A stretch of 64,000 nucleotides of DNA from assembly GCA_963758635.1 (NCBI GenBank), contig CAVWWD010000008.1, positions 1,088,001 through 1,152,000 of the forward strand, written 5' to 3'. The position numbers and the translations under genes are program-made. The stretch is from an uncultured Candidatus Rokubacteria bacterium (GTDB taxonomy: Bacteria; Methylomirabilota; Methylomirabilia; Rokubacteriales; CSP1-6). The notes beneath the pieces were generated by a model that was given only the letters and a program-made list of their open reading frames with translations, was not told the DNA's origin and searched no databases. Of this stretch, positions 45,343 through 57,232 are shown one piece after another; the stretch's first letter is position 1, and the number at the start of each line of letters is the position of its first letter.

Positions 45343-45394
45343 CATGAGCGGGTCGCACGTGCGGTGGGAGAGCTCGGCCGACCGTGGTAGCCGC

Positions 45395-46442
45395 ATGTAC
45401 ACTCAGGGCGTGAGTCCGGACCGCCGCTACCAGCTCCAGTCGGAGGAGGCGAACCGGCGGCTGGACGCGCTCCTCGAGGCTCTCCGGGTTCCCGAGGCGT
45501 CGTGGCGGCTCTATTCGGAGCTGCTCACCACCGTCCTCAAGATGTACGAGGACGGCGCCCACGTCGCCGACCTCAAGATCGCCAACACCGCGCTCAAGGA
45601 GCTCCGCTACCCCTTCAAGGTCTTCGCGCCGTACCGGGACGTCCCGAAGGTCACGGTGTTCGGGTCGGCGCGCACCGCGCCCGACGCGCCGGTGTCGGTG
45701 CAGGCCCAGAAGTTCGGCAAGCGGATGACCTCGTCGGGCTGGATGGTCATCACCGGGGCGGGCAGCGGGGTGATGGGCGCGGCCCAGGAAGGGGCGGGGC
45801 GGGAGCGCTCGTTCGGGCTGAACATCCGGCTGCCGTTCGAGCAGGGAGCCAACCCGTGGATCGCCGACGACCCCAAGCTGATCAGCTTCAAGTACTTCTT
45901 CACCCGGAAGCTCTTCCTCGTGCGCGAGGCCGCGGCGATGGCGTTCTTCCCCGGCGGCTTCGGCACCGTTGACGAGATGTTCGAGGCCGTCACGCTCGTC
46001 CAGACGGGCAAGGCGGCGCCGGTGCCGCTGATCCTGGTGGACGCGCCGGGCGGGACGTACTGGCAGCGTTTCATCGACCTGATGCGCGAGCAGATGGCCG
46101 CCACCGGCATGATCCTGCCCGAGGACCTGACGCTCTTCCGCCTGACCGACGACGTGGAAGAGGCGGCGGCACAGATCGAGCGCTTCTACACGGTGTTCCA
46201 CTCCGCGCGGTACGTCGGGGAGCGGCTGGTGCTGCGGATCCGGCGGGCGCTCGGCGACGAGCGCCTGACCGCGATGGTGAACGCCTTCGACGACATCCTG
46301 CAGGGGCGCCCCGAGCAGCTCCCCGGGCCCGCTCAAGGCGGAAGGGGATCAGGTGCCCGGGCTGCCGCGCCTCGTGCTGCCGTTCTCGCGGCGGAACTTC
46401 GCCCGCCTCCGCCAGCTCATCGACTTCATCAACGAGAGCTGA
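45395..46442 (+). CDS. LOG-family (nucleotide phosphoribohydrolase-like) protein (frameshift near 46340)
   Basis: VTVFGSART, ITGAGSGVM, GLNIRLPFEQ, FKYFFTRK and PGGFGTVDE motifs. Confidence 0.9.
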
Positions 46443-46464
46443 TCCGCGGCGCGGACCGCGGACC

Positions 46465-46532
46465 ATTCGTGAACGGGCTCACCGGACGCACACGCTGTTC
46501 CAGGTCCGCTCCCGTTCGCGGATGATGCGGGC
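46465..46532 (+). repeat. Repeat family D copy 2
   Basis: ATTCGTGAACGGG ... CCCGTTCGCGGAT stem; homologous to 27693..27761. Confidence 0.8.
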
Positions 46533-46538
46533 CGGCCC

Positions 46539-46730
46539 TCAGGCGTCGGGCTCCTCGCGCACTTCGGTCTGCTGGCACGCCGTGCACACCCACGTCCGGC
46601 GGAGCGCGGTCCGTCCGGGATTGCGCGTGAGCGTCCAGGGGATCATGCGGTTCGCCCCGCACGCGGGGCAGATCTCGGTCTTCTGCCCGGGCTGCACCTC
46701 CGCGGGAAGCCACGGAATCTTGGGTTTCAT
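46539..46730 (-). CDS. Small zinc-ribbon-like protein
   Basis: CPAC...CTAC in 63 aa; TATAAT 7 nt before the ATG. Confidence 0.7.
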   Translation of the reverse strand: MKPKIPWLPAEVQPGQKTEICPACGANRMIPWTLTRNPGRTALRRTWVCTACQQTEVREEPDA

Positions 46731-46756
46731 GGCGGGGATTATACGGCACCGACGCT

Positions 46757-47662
46757 ATGATCGGGCGCGTGACGCGGCCCGAAGCCGTCCTCCTCGCCGC
46801 CAACTGCATGTACGCGACGTCCTACGCCGCGACGCGCCTCACGCTCGACGAGGTCGGCCCGGCGACGCTCGCGTGGCTGCGTCTGGCCATCGGCGCGCTC
46901 GTGCTGCTGCCCCTGGCCCGCGCGCATCCGGAGGGTCCGACCCCGGCGCCCATGTCCACAGGCGATCGCTGGCGGGTCGCCTGGATGGGCATCCTCGGGT
47001 TCGCGGGCGCCGTCGGACTCTCGCACTGGGGCATCGCGCGGTCGACGGCCACGAACGCCGCGCTCCTGATCACCGTGGAGCCGATCGCGCTGATCGTGCT
47101 GTCGCCCGTCCTGCTCGGAGAGCGCCTGCGCCGCCGCGAGCAGATCGGGGCCGCCGCCGCCCTGGCCGGCGCGGGCCTGGTCGTGGTCAACGGCGTGCCC
47201 GGCGTGACCCACGCGTTCGCGCCGCACTGGCGGGGCGACCTCCTGCTGGTGCTCGCCGGGCTCGCGTACGCGTCGTACTCCCTCCTCGGCCGCGGGGTGC
47301 TGATGCGCCACTCCCCGACGGCGGTCACCGCGTGGTCGATCCTGGCCGGGGCCATCGCGATGCTGCCTCCGGCCGCCCTCGAGTGGGCGCACGCCGGGTC
47401 GCCCCGCGTCACCGCCTCGGCGGTGATCGGCACGCTCTACCTGGCCCTCGTCGTCACCGCGCTCGGCTACCTGGCGTGGAACTACGCGCTCCAGCGGGTG
47501 TCGGCGCCGCGGGCCGCGATCTTCCTGAACGTCCAGCCGCTGGTCGGCGCCCTCCTGGGCGTCCTCTGGCTGGGCGAGGAGGTCACCCGGTTCACGGTGG
47601 CGGGCGGGGCGCTGATCCTCGTCGGTCTGTGGCTGACCGTGAACCCGAGGGGCACGCGGTAG
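46757..47662 (+). CDS. EamA/DMT-family transporter
   Basis: About 10 hydrophobic segments in two repeats; GDLL, LGYLAWNYAL and GVLWLGE motifs. Confidence 0.9.
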   Translation: MIGRVTRPEAVLLAANCMYATSYAATRLTLDEVGPATLAWLRLAIGALVLLPLARAHPEGPTPAPMSTGDRWRVAWMGILGFAGAVGLSHWGIARSTATNAALLITVEPIALIVLSPVLLGERLRRREQIGAAAALAGAGLVVVNGVPGVTHAFAPHWRGDLLLVLAGLAYASYSLLGRGVLMRHSPTAVTAWSILAGAIAMLPPAALEWAHAGSPRVTASAVIGTLYLALVVTALGYLAWNYALQRVSAPRAAIFLNVQPLVGALLGVLWLGEEVTRFTVAGGALILVGLWLTVNPRGTR

Positions 47663-47672
47663 AATACCCGCC

Positions 47673-49395
47673 ATGAGACGCGTGCGGATCGGCCTCGCGC
47701 AGGTGAATCCCACGGTGGGGGCGTTGGAGGCCAACGCGCGCCTCGTGATCGACACCGTGGGGCGGGCGCGCGCGCTGGGCTGCGACCTCGTGGCCTTCCC
47801 GGAGCTGGTCCTCACGGGGTACCCGCCCGAGGACCTCCTGTTCCGCCCCGCCTTCATCGAGGCCAACCTGCGCGCCCTCGCCGACGTGACCCGCGCCACG
47901 TCCGGCCTCACGTGCGTGGTGGGGTTCGTGGACAAGGGCGACGACATCTGGAACGCCGCCGCCGTGCTCCACGACGGCGTCCACGCCGGGACGTACCACA
48001 AGCACTACCTGCCGAACTACGGCGTCTTCGACGAGAACCGCTACTTCCAGGCCGGGACGGAGTCACCGGTGTTCGCGCTCGGGGAGCTCCCTCTTCGCGG
48101 TGAACATCTGCGAGGACATCTGGTATCCCGCCGGCCCGACGACGCGGCAGGCCCTGGCCGGCGCCGAGCTGATCGTGACCATCAACGCCTCGCCGTACCA
48201 CGCCGGCAAGGCGCGCTTCCGCGAGAAGATGCTCGCCACGCGCGCCGCCGACGACCTGGTCTGCCTGGCCTTCGTCAACCTGGTCGGCGGGCAGGACGAG
48301 CTGGTCTTCGACGGGCAGTCCTTCGTGTTCAACGAGAAGGGCGAGCGCCTGGCCCGCGGCCGGACATTCGAGGAAGACCTGGTCGTGGCCGACGTGGACC
48401 TCGACGACGTCTTCCGCGCGCGCTTGCACGACTCCCGGCGCCGCAAGGAGAAGCTGGCCACTTCGGACTCGGTCCCTCGCGTGACCCTCCCCGTGCGGTC
48501 CCCGGCGCCCCGGCCGCCCGCGCCGTTACGGGAAGAGCCGGAGGTGGGACGGATCGAGGAGATCTACCGGGCGCTCGTGGTCGGGGTGGGGGACTACGTC
48601 AGGAAGAGCGGGTTCCGCCACGTGGCCATCGGGCTGTCCGGTGGCATCGATTCCGCCCTGGTGGCCGCCATCGCCGCGGACGCCCTGGGCCCGTCCGGCG
48701 TGACCGGCGTGACGATGCCGTCGCCCTACTCATCCGCGGGCACGCGACGCGACGCGGCCCGGCTGGCCCGGGCGCTCGGCATCGACCTCCAGCGCCTGCC
48801 CATCACCGGCGTGTTCGGCGCGTACCGGCGGGCGCTGGCCGCCCCCTTCAAGGGACTCAAGGAGGACGTCACCGAGGAGAACCTACAGGCCCGGATTCGT
48901 GGAAATTACCTGATGGCGCTGTCGAACAAGTTCGGCTGGCTGGTGCTCACCACGGGCAACAAGAGCGAGATCGCGGTGGGCTACTCCACGCTGTACGGCG
49001 ACATGGCCGGCGGGTTCGCCGTGATCAAGGACGTCCCGAAGACCCTCGTCTACCTGCTGGCCGCCCACGCCAACGCCCGCGCGGGCCGTGAGGTGATCCC
49101 GCGGTCCATCTTCGAGCGGGCGCCGTCGGCGGAGCTGCGGCCCGGCCAGACCGACCAGGACACGCTGCCGCCGTACCCCGTGCTCGACGCCATTCTCGAG
49201 GGCTACGTGGAGGCGGACCTCGGGGTCGCGGACATCGTGGCCCGCGGCTTCGACGAGGCCACGGTGCGGCGGGTGATCGCCATGGTCGACCGGAACGAGT
49301 ACAAGCGCCGCCAGGGCCCGATCGGGATCAAGATCACCCCGCGCGCGTTCGGCCGGGACTGGCGCCTGCCCATCGTCAGCCGGTTCCGGGAGTGA
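47673..49395 (+). CDS. nadE: Glutamine-dependent NAD+ synthetase (frameshift near 48090)
   Basis: FPELVLTGYPPEDL, LPNYGVFDE, ICEDIW, GLSGGIDS, ENLQARIRG, TTGNKSE and PSAEL motifs. Confidence 0.96.
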
Positions 49396-49817
49396 CGCGC
49401 CGACGCATGTCGCGCCTGGGCCGGAGCGCCCTGGCGACGGCCCTCGTCCTCTGCGCGGGGCTCGCCGGGGGCTGCACGGGGGGCACGGGCATCACGATCT
49501 CGAGCAGTGGCGTGTCGGGCCTCCCGGGCACGTCGAAGGCGGTGCGGGTGGAGTCGGGCGTGGAGCCGGGCCCGCAGGCCGGGCGCCGGATGATCACCGG
49601 CTACGTCTACAACGACTACGGCCGCGCGGTGGGCAACGTCCGTCTGGTCGTCGAGCCGCTCGACGCCGGGGGCCAGCCCACCGACCGCCGAATCTTCTAC
49701 GTGAACGGAATGGTGCCCGCGTTCGGGCGGGCCTACTTCTCGTTCACCGCCCCCGGGGACGCGCCGGGCTATCGGGTGGGCCTGCACTCCTTCGAGATGG
49801 AGCCCGGCGGCGCCTGA
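49392..49817 (+). CDS. Putative lipoprotein (Ig-like/FxLYD-like domain)
   Basis: Basic N-terminus, hydrophobic stretch and LAGGC lipobox; ITGYVYN..NVRL...LDAGG. Confidence 0.65.
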   Translation: MTRRRMSRLGRSALATALVLCAGLAGGCTGGTGITISSSGVSGLPGTSKAVRVESGVEPGPQAGRRMITGYVYNDYGRAVGNVRLVVEPLDAGGQPTDRRIFYVNGMVPAFGRAYFSFTAPGDAPGYRVGLHSFEMEPGGA

Positions 49818-49824
49818 GCCGCGG

Positions 49825-51615
49825 TCACGGCTCGCGCGGCACCGGCGCGTCCAGCATCTGGAGCGCGGCGAGCCGGCGGTAGATGCCGTCCTCCCGGGCC
49901 ATCAGCTCGTCGTGGCTGCCCACCTCCGCGATGCGCCCGCCGTGCACGACCACCACGCGATCCGCGTTCCGCACGGTGGCCAGGCGGTGGGCGATGACGA
50001 GCACCGTCCGGCCCTTCATCAGCTCGGACAGCGCCTGCTGCACCAGGAACTCGCTCTCCGCGTCCAGGTCCGAGGTGGCCTCGTCGAGGATCAGGATGGG
50101 CGGGTCCTTCAGGAACGCGCGCGCGATGGCCACGCGCTGGCGCTGCCCGCCGGAGAGCTTCACCCCGCGCTCGCCGACCACGGTGGCGTAGCCGGCGGGG
50201 AGCACGGCCACGAAGTCGTGGACCTGGGCCAGGCGGGCCGCGCGCTCGATGTCCTCCCGGGTGGCGCCGGCCCGCCCGTAGGCGATGTTGTACTCGAGCG
50301 AGTCGTGGAAGAGGAACGTCTCCTGGGTCACGATCCCCATGAGCGAGCGGAGCGAGCCCACCGTGACCCGGCGCACGTCGTGGCCGTCGATCGTGATGGC
50401 GCCGGCGGACACGTCGTGGAAGCGGGGCAGGAGGTCCATGAGCGTCGTCTTGCCCGCCCCCGACATGCCCACGAAGGCCACGGTCTCCCCCTTGCGCACG
50501 ACGAGCGAGATGTCGGACAGCGCGTCGCCCTCGGCGTCCGGGTAGCGGAACGACACGCGCTGGAGCTCGATGCCGTCGTGGAAGCCGGGCAGCACGTGGG
50601 CGCCCGGCGCGTCGGCGATGGCGTGCGCGGTGTCGAGGATCTCGAACACCCGCTCCACCGAGGCCAGCGACTGCTGCACGGTGTTGGCCATCCGCGAGAG
50701 CTGGCGCACCGGGCCGTAGAGCAGGATCACCGCGGTGGTGAACGAGAAGAACTCGCCGGGCGTCAGCGCGCCGGAGATCACCTGGTAGCCGCCGTACCAG
50801 AGCGCGCCCATGATGCCGATCGCGCCCATCACCTCCATCAACGGCTCGGAGAGCTGGTCGGTGCGGTGGTCCTTGAGGGCCAGGCCGAGCAGCGTGTCGT
50901 TGACCTGGTCGAAGCGCTCCTGCTCGAGGCCCTCGCGGCCGAAGGCCTTCACGATCTTCGTGCCCGTGAAGGACTCCTGGAGGACGATGTTCAGCTCGGC
51001 CACCTTCTGCTGCGAGCGCCGGTTGATCTTGTAGAGCTTCCGCCCGATGGCGCGCACGGTCACGGCCGCCGCCGGGAACACCGCCACCGCGATGAGGGCG
51101 AGCACCCACTCGCGCGCGAACATCACCACGAGGAGCGCCACGATCGTGCCCACCTGCCGGACCGCCATGACGAGCACGGTGGAGGACAGCCGCGCGAGGC
51201 GGTTCACGTCGGTGACCACGCGCGCCATCAGCTCGGCGGAGTGCACCGACTTGAAGAAGGCCAGCGGCATGCCCTGGATGTGCGCGTACAGCTCGCGGCG
51301 GATCCGCGCGATCACCCGTTCGCCCACCGAGGCCATCAGGTACGACTGCCCGAAGCGGCCGGCGCCCTTCAGGAGGTACACGCCGAGGAGGGCCAGGGGG
51401 ATCAGCTTCAGCATCAGGAGGTCGCGCTTGACGAAGATCTCGTCCATCGCCGGCTTGACCAGCCACGCGATGAGCCCGTCGGACGCCGACACGACCAGCG
51501 CCAGCGCGGTGCCGACCCCGAGGATCGACCAGTACGGCCGCAGGTAGGGGACGAGGCGCAGCAGCAGCCGGTAGTTCGGGGTCCCGCGCTCCTCCCGCCG
51601 CTCCCTCCGGCTCAC
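49825..51615 (-). CDS. MsbA-like ABC exporter (TMD+NBD)
   Basis: Six-TM domain; GMSGAGKTT, VGERGVKLSGGQRQR, LDEATS and IAHRL motifs. Confidence 0.92.
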   Translation of the reverse strand: MSRRERREERGTPNYRLLLRLVPYLRPYWSILGVGTALALVVSASDGLIAWLVKPAMDEIFVKRDLLMLKLIPLALLGVYLLKGAGRFGQSYLMASVGERVIARIRRELYAHIQGMPLAFFKSVHSAELMARVVTDVNRLARLSSTVLVMAVRQVGTIVALLVVMFAREWVLALIAVAVFPAAAVTVRAIGRKLYKINRRSQQKVAELNIVLQESFTGTKIVKAFGREGLEQERFDQVNDTLLGLALKDHRTDQLSEPLMEVMGAIGIMGALWYGGYQVISGALTPGEFFSFTTAVILLYGPVRQLSRMANTVQQSLASVERVFEILDTAHAIADAPGAHVLPGFHDGIELQRVSFRYPDAEGDALSDISLVVRKGETVAFVGMSGAGKTTLMDLLPRFHDVSAGAITIDGHDVRRVTVGSLRSLMGIVTQETFLFHDSLEYNIAYGRAGATREDIERAARLAQVHDFVAVLPAGYATVVGERGVKLSGGQRQRVAIARAFLKDPPILILDEATSDLDAESEFLVQQALSELMKGRTVLVIAHRLATVRNADRVVVVHGGRIAEVGSHDELMAREDGIYRRLAALQMLDAPVPREP

Positions 51616-52710
51616 GCGCGCTCCAGCAGGCGGCGGTAGAGCGCCTCCGTCCGGTCCAGCTTGGCCTCGAGCGAGAAGCTCGACTCCACCCGCTTGCGGC
51701 CCGCCCGGGCCATCGCCTGCGCGCGCGCCGGGTTCTCGAGCACCCGGAGGATGGCCTGGGCCATCGCCTCGGGGTTCCTGGGCGGCACGAGGAGCCCGGT
51801 CTCGCCGTCGGCGATCAGCTCCGGCATGCCCTCGAGATCCGTGGCGATCACCGGCGTCTCCACGGCGAGGGCCTCGCGCACCGACCCCGTGAGGCCCAGG
51901 CCGGCATACGAGGCGTCGACCACGAGGTCGCTCCCGGCCAGGATCTCCGGCACGTCCTCTCGATGGCCCCACACGAAGACGCGCCCCGCGAGGCCGCGCG
52001 CGCTCGGCCTTGTCGTGGAGGATCGGGATGCGGGGCGGGGGAGCGCCCACGAAGAGGAGCCGCGCGTGGGCCGCCTCGCGGCACACCCGCGCCATGGCGT
52101 CCAGCACGTCGTCGTTCCCGCGCCAGGATCGGATCCCGACCTGGGTCACGAGCGCGTGGCCCGGCTGAAGGCCGAGCGCGCGCCGCACGGGGCCCCCATC
52201 CACCTGCGGGTTGAACCGGCGCACGTCGGTGCCCGAGTAGACGACCTCGATCTTGCCGGCGGGCACGCCGGCGGCCACGAGCCCGCGCTTGATCGACTCG
52301 CACACCGCCACGATCGCGGTCACGCGCGACGTGGTGTAGCCGAGGCGATTCCAGCGGTCGAGGGGAAAGCTGACCCCGCGGTTCAGGATCAGGACGGGGA
52401 CCCGCGTGAGGAGGCCGGCGAGGAGCGCCTGCGTCCGCGCGCGTCCCTTGTGGCAATGGACCACCTCGACCCGCTCGCGCCGGAGGAGCCGAGCGAGCGC
52501 CCATGCGCTCGCGAGATCCACCGAGCTCGACATGGGAAGCGGCGCGTGGGGGATGCCGGCGGCCGCGCACTTGTCGGCCCAGATCGCGCTGGGCCGCGTC
52601 GCCACCACCACGTGATGACCGCGCGCGTGGAGCCCCCACGCCAGCTCCCTCAGCTGGATGGCCGCGCCGGTGAAGTAGTCCGCCTTGGGATAGAGCTGCA
52701 GGACCCGCAT
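51612..52710 (-). CDS. GT4-family glycosyltransferase (frameshift near 52000)
   Basis: IEVVYSGTD, GHREDVPEIL, REALAVETPVIATD..GMPE and GLLVPPRNP motifs. Confidence 0.88.
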
Positions 52711-52725
52711 GCTCAACCGTTCAGA

Positions 52726-52821
52726 GGTTGTGAGAGGAATGCGAATTTCGACCTCGCCGTGCGGGCCGACACCGCGATTCTGCGTACACACGCGGGGCCG
52801 CCTCGCCATTCATCCTCAACC
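52726..52821 (+). repeat. Repeat family B copy 3
   Basis: GGTTGTGAGAGGAAT...ATTCATCCTCAACC imperfect terminal inverted repeats plus the shared core. Confidence 0.85.
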
Positions 52822-52823
52822 GC

Positions 52824-53912
52824 TCAGCGGCTGTGGAAACCCCGGACCGCGGCGATCACCTCGTCCACCTCGGCCTCGGTGTGGCCGGCGGACAGGGGAA
52901 GCGTCAGGATCTCGCCCACGAGCCCTCGGTGCGCGGCAGCGCGGGCGACGCGAGCGAGCTCGACCACGGCGGGCTGCCGGTGGCACGGCACCGGGTAGTG
53001 GACGCCGGTGGCGATGCCGCGCTCGCCGAGGTGCCGCGCCAGCTCGTCGCGCCGGGCCGTGCGCACGACGAACAGGTGGTACACGTGCCGGGCGCCCGCG
53101 GCCTCGCCGGGCAGCGCCAGGGGCAGGCCCGGCGAGGCCCGCGACGTACCGGGCGGCCAGCGCGCGCCGCCGGTCGTTCATCTCGTCGAGGCGGCGGAGG
53201 AGCACACGGCCGACCGCGGCCTGGATCTCGTTGAAGCGCAGGTTGAAGCCCAGCTCGGCGTGGACGTCCTTGTTCAGGCGGCCGTGATCGCGGAGGCGGC
53301 GGCAGTGCGCGGCGAGGTCGCCGTCGTCGGTCACGAGCAATGCCGCCGTCGCCCATCACGGTGAGGTTCTTCGACGGGTAGAAGGAGAAGCAGCCGGCGC
53401 GGCCGAAGGCGCCGACGCGCCGCCCCTGCCAGGCCGCGCCGTGGGCCTGCGCGCAGTCCTCGAGGAGCCACAGGCCCCGCTCGGCGCAGAGGGCCTGGAG
53501 GGCGGGCAGGTCCGCGGGGTGCCCGTAGAGGTGCACGGGGAGCACGCCCACCGTGCGCTCGGTGAGCCGCCGCGGCCGCGTCGGCCACGTCCAGCGTGAA
53601 GCCGTCGTCGACGTCCACGAAGACGGGCGTGGCGCCCGAGAACAGGACGGCCTCCGCCGTCGGGAAGGCGGTGTGCGACGGCACGAGGACCTCGTCGCCC
53701 GGCTTCACCCCGAGCGCGCGCAGCGTCATCCAGAGGGCGGCGGTCGCGCTGCTCGTGAGCACGGCGTGCCGCACGCCCACGTAGCGCGCGAACTCCTCCT
53801 CGAAGGCGCGGCACTCGGGACCCAGGATGTACTGCCGGGAGTCCATGGCGGCGAGCACCGCCTGCTTGATCTCGTCGTCGACGGGCGGGCGGGACAGCGG
53901 GATCCGGATCAG
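52824..53912 (-). CDS. DegT/DnrJ/EryC1/StrS sugar aminotransferase (multiple frameshifts)
   Basis: YILGPE..FEEEFA, PVHLYG, EDCAQAHGA, FSFYPSKNL..GDGG, YHLFVVR and GVHYPVP motifs. Confidence 0.92.
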
Positions 53913-54414
53913 GAAGATCCTCCGGGCGGCCGCAGGCTGCCGTACCGCCCGCGGAAGTAGAGCAGGGCCTCGAGCGCGCTCTCCTCGGTCGTCTCGCCGG
54001 CCTCGACCTGGCCGACGAAGATCGTGTGGTCGCCCCCGGCGTAGGCGTGGACGGTGGAGCACTCGAGGTGGGCGAGGGCGCCGCCGAGGAGCGGAAAGCC
54101 GAGCTTTCCGTCCCGGTGCGGGACGCCGTCGAACTTCTCGTGCGCGCTGCCCACGGAGGAGGCGAAGCGGTTCGAGATGGCTTCCTGCCCGAGCGCCAGG
54201 ATGTTGACCGCGAAGCCGCGGCTGGCGCGCAGCGCGGGAAGCTCTGGGCGTTCTCGGCCACGCAGACCAGGATGAGGGGCGGCGACAGTGACACGGACGA
54301 GAACGCGCTGGCGGTGAGGCCCGCCGGCCGGCCCTCGGCGTCCCGGGTGGTGATGATCGTGACGCCGCTCGCCCAGTGACTCAGGAGACGCTTGAAATCG
54401 TTGGGGTGAAGCAC
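53909..54414 (-). CDS. Flavin reductase-like protein (frameshifted)
   Basis: WASGVTIITT, GLTASAFSSVSLSPPL, GGDHTIFVG and LLYFRGRY motifs. Confidence 0.9.
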
Positions 54415-54491
54415 GGCCCCTTTTCTAGCAGGTCCCACCGGATCTTTCAAGTTCGTTCGCGCGGTTGGACGACACGTGCGCCCGCGCTTCC

Positions 54492-54521
54492 TTGACGCCC
54501 GTGGCGACCGGCCCCTATACT
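54492..54521 (+). promoter_or_regulatory. Sigma70-type promoter of mrp
   Basis: TTGACG-N18-TATACT. Confidence 0.65.
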
Positions 54522-54571
54522 CCACCACGACCGGGAACCGATCTGGCAGACCTTGCTCGGATGGAGGACGC

Positions 54572-55713
<1,142 letters not shown>

Positions 55714-55725
55714 GGCCGAAGCGGC

Positions 55726-56362
55726 TTGACCAGAGCCGGCCGCGTCTACCTGCCCATCTTCCCGCTTCCCGACCAGACCTTCTTCCCCCACACGCTCCTG
55801 CCGCTGCACATCTTCGAGGCGCGCTACCGCGCGATGGTGTCGGACTGCCTCGCCCGCGACCGGCGCCTCGCCGTGGTCGGGCTGAAGCCGGGGTACGAGG
55901 ACGACTACGAGGGCAAGCCGGACGTGCACGCGATCGGCGGGGCGGGGGAGATCGTGCGCTACGAGCGGCTGGCCACCGGCCGGTACAACATCCTGGTGAA
56001 GGGCGAGACGCGGATCCGGATCGAGCGCGAGATGCCCACCGACACCCTCTACCGCGTGGCCGAGGCCACCACGCTCGCCGACGTGGCCGTGGACGCGCCC
56101 ACCGCCGACCCGCTGGTGGCCGGGGTGAAGGCGCGCTGCCGCCGCGTGCTCACCGCGCTCGGGCGCTTCACGCCGAAGCTCGAGGAGAGCCTCGCCGGCT
56201 CGGCCACGCCCGACGTGCTGACCGACCAGGTGGCCGCCGCGCTCATCCCGTCGCCCGTGCTCCGCCAGCGGCTCCTCGAGGAGATGAACGTGGAGCGCCG
56301 TCTGCGGCTGATCGTCGCCGCCCTCGACCGCCTCCTCGCCCAGATGGAGAAGGACACGATGA
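55726..56362 (+). CDS. LON peptidase substrate-binding-domain protein
   Basis: LPIFPL...FFPHTLLPLHIFEARYRAMV and GRYNILVKG..R motifs; reads in frame with the next domain in this sequence. Confidence 0.85.
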
Positions 56363-57075
56363 TCGCGCCGCGCTCATCCCGGGCCGGGCTCACCCTGACC
56401 CTGTGCCTGTTGCTCGGGATCGGCGCCGACGCCGTCGACGCCGCCGCGCGCTGGGGATGGCTGGGAGTCCGGATCCGCGACCTCTCCGAGCAGGAGATGG
56501 AGGACATCTCCCGCCGCCATGGGCTGCGCGAGGGGTTCGGGGCGCTGATCGTCGACGTCATGAAGGAGACCCCGGCCGAGAGCGCGGGCCTCAAGGCCGG
56601 CGACATCGTCGTGGCGCTCCGCGACCGTCCGGTGGTGGACACCCGCACGCTCCAGCGCCTGATCGCCAGCGCCGCGGTGGGAGAGCGCGTGCGTCTCACC
56701 GTGCTGCGCGAGCGCGAGGGGCGGCGCGGCATGGACGTGCAGCTCGCGCCCATGCCCGATCCCGTGGCGGCGGAGCGGGTGGCCGTGGAGCTGGGCTTCG
56801 TGGTCCGCGAGCCCGAGGCGCAGGGCGAGCCCGGCGGCCGTCGTCTCACGGCCCTGCCGGCGGTCGCGGTGGTGCTCAGGCGGAGCCGCGCCGAGCAGGC
56901 CGGGCTCAAGGTGGGAGACGTGCTCATCGAGGTGAACGGCCGTCCCGTGCTCACCCTCGAGGCAGTCCGGGCGGCGCTGCTCGACGTAGTCCTCGAACGA
57001 GAGGTGCCGCTGGTGGTGCGTCGCGACGACACCCAGGTGAGCGTCGTCGTGCCCGCGCTTCCCTCGGTCCAGTGA
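56359..57075 (+). CDS. Secreted tandem PDZ-domain protein
   Basis: Signal-like MIAPRSSRAGLTLTLCLLLGIG; GWLGV, PAESAGLKAGDIV and AEQAGLKVGDVL..VNG motifs. Confidence 0.78.
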   Translation: MIAPRSSRAGLTLTLCLLLGIGADAVDAAARWGWLGVRIRDLSEQEMEDISRRHGLREGFGALIVDVMKETPAESAGLKAGDIVVALRDRPVVDTRTLQRLIASAAVGERVRLTVLREREGRRGMDVQLAPMPDPVAAERVAVELGFVVREPEAQGEPGGRRLTALPAVAVVLRRSRAEQAGLKVGDVLIEVNGRPVLTLEAVRAALLDVVLEREVPLVVRRDDTQVSVVVPALPSVQ

Positions 57076-57086
57076 GGATCAAGTGC

Positions 57087-57115
57087 TTGACAAGCCTTCG
57101 GACCGCCCGTAGCGT
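57087..57115 (+). promoter_or_regulatory. Sigma70-type promoter of the TRAP operon
   Basis: TTGACA-N17-TAGCGT. Confidence 0.65.
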
Positions 57116-57232
57116 ACCCGCGGGAAACACGCCGGTCCGAACGGTTGCAGCGCGCCCCACGTGTGCCCAGGGCCTCCGGCCAGAACCAGGAGGAGAGCGT
57201 TAGCCACGGCGAACCCTCGAGAGGAGAACACC

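Noticed and set aside
49825..52809. Apparent glycosyltransferase-MsbA fusion (994 aa)
   Set aside because: The GT4 C-terminus is in ORF 51612..51974 with its own stop overlapping the transporter GTG.
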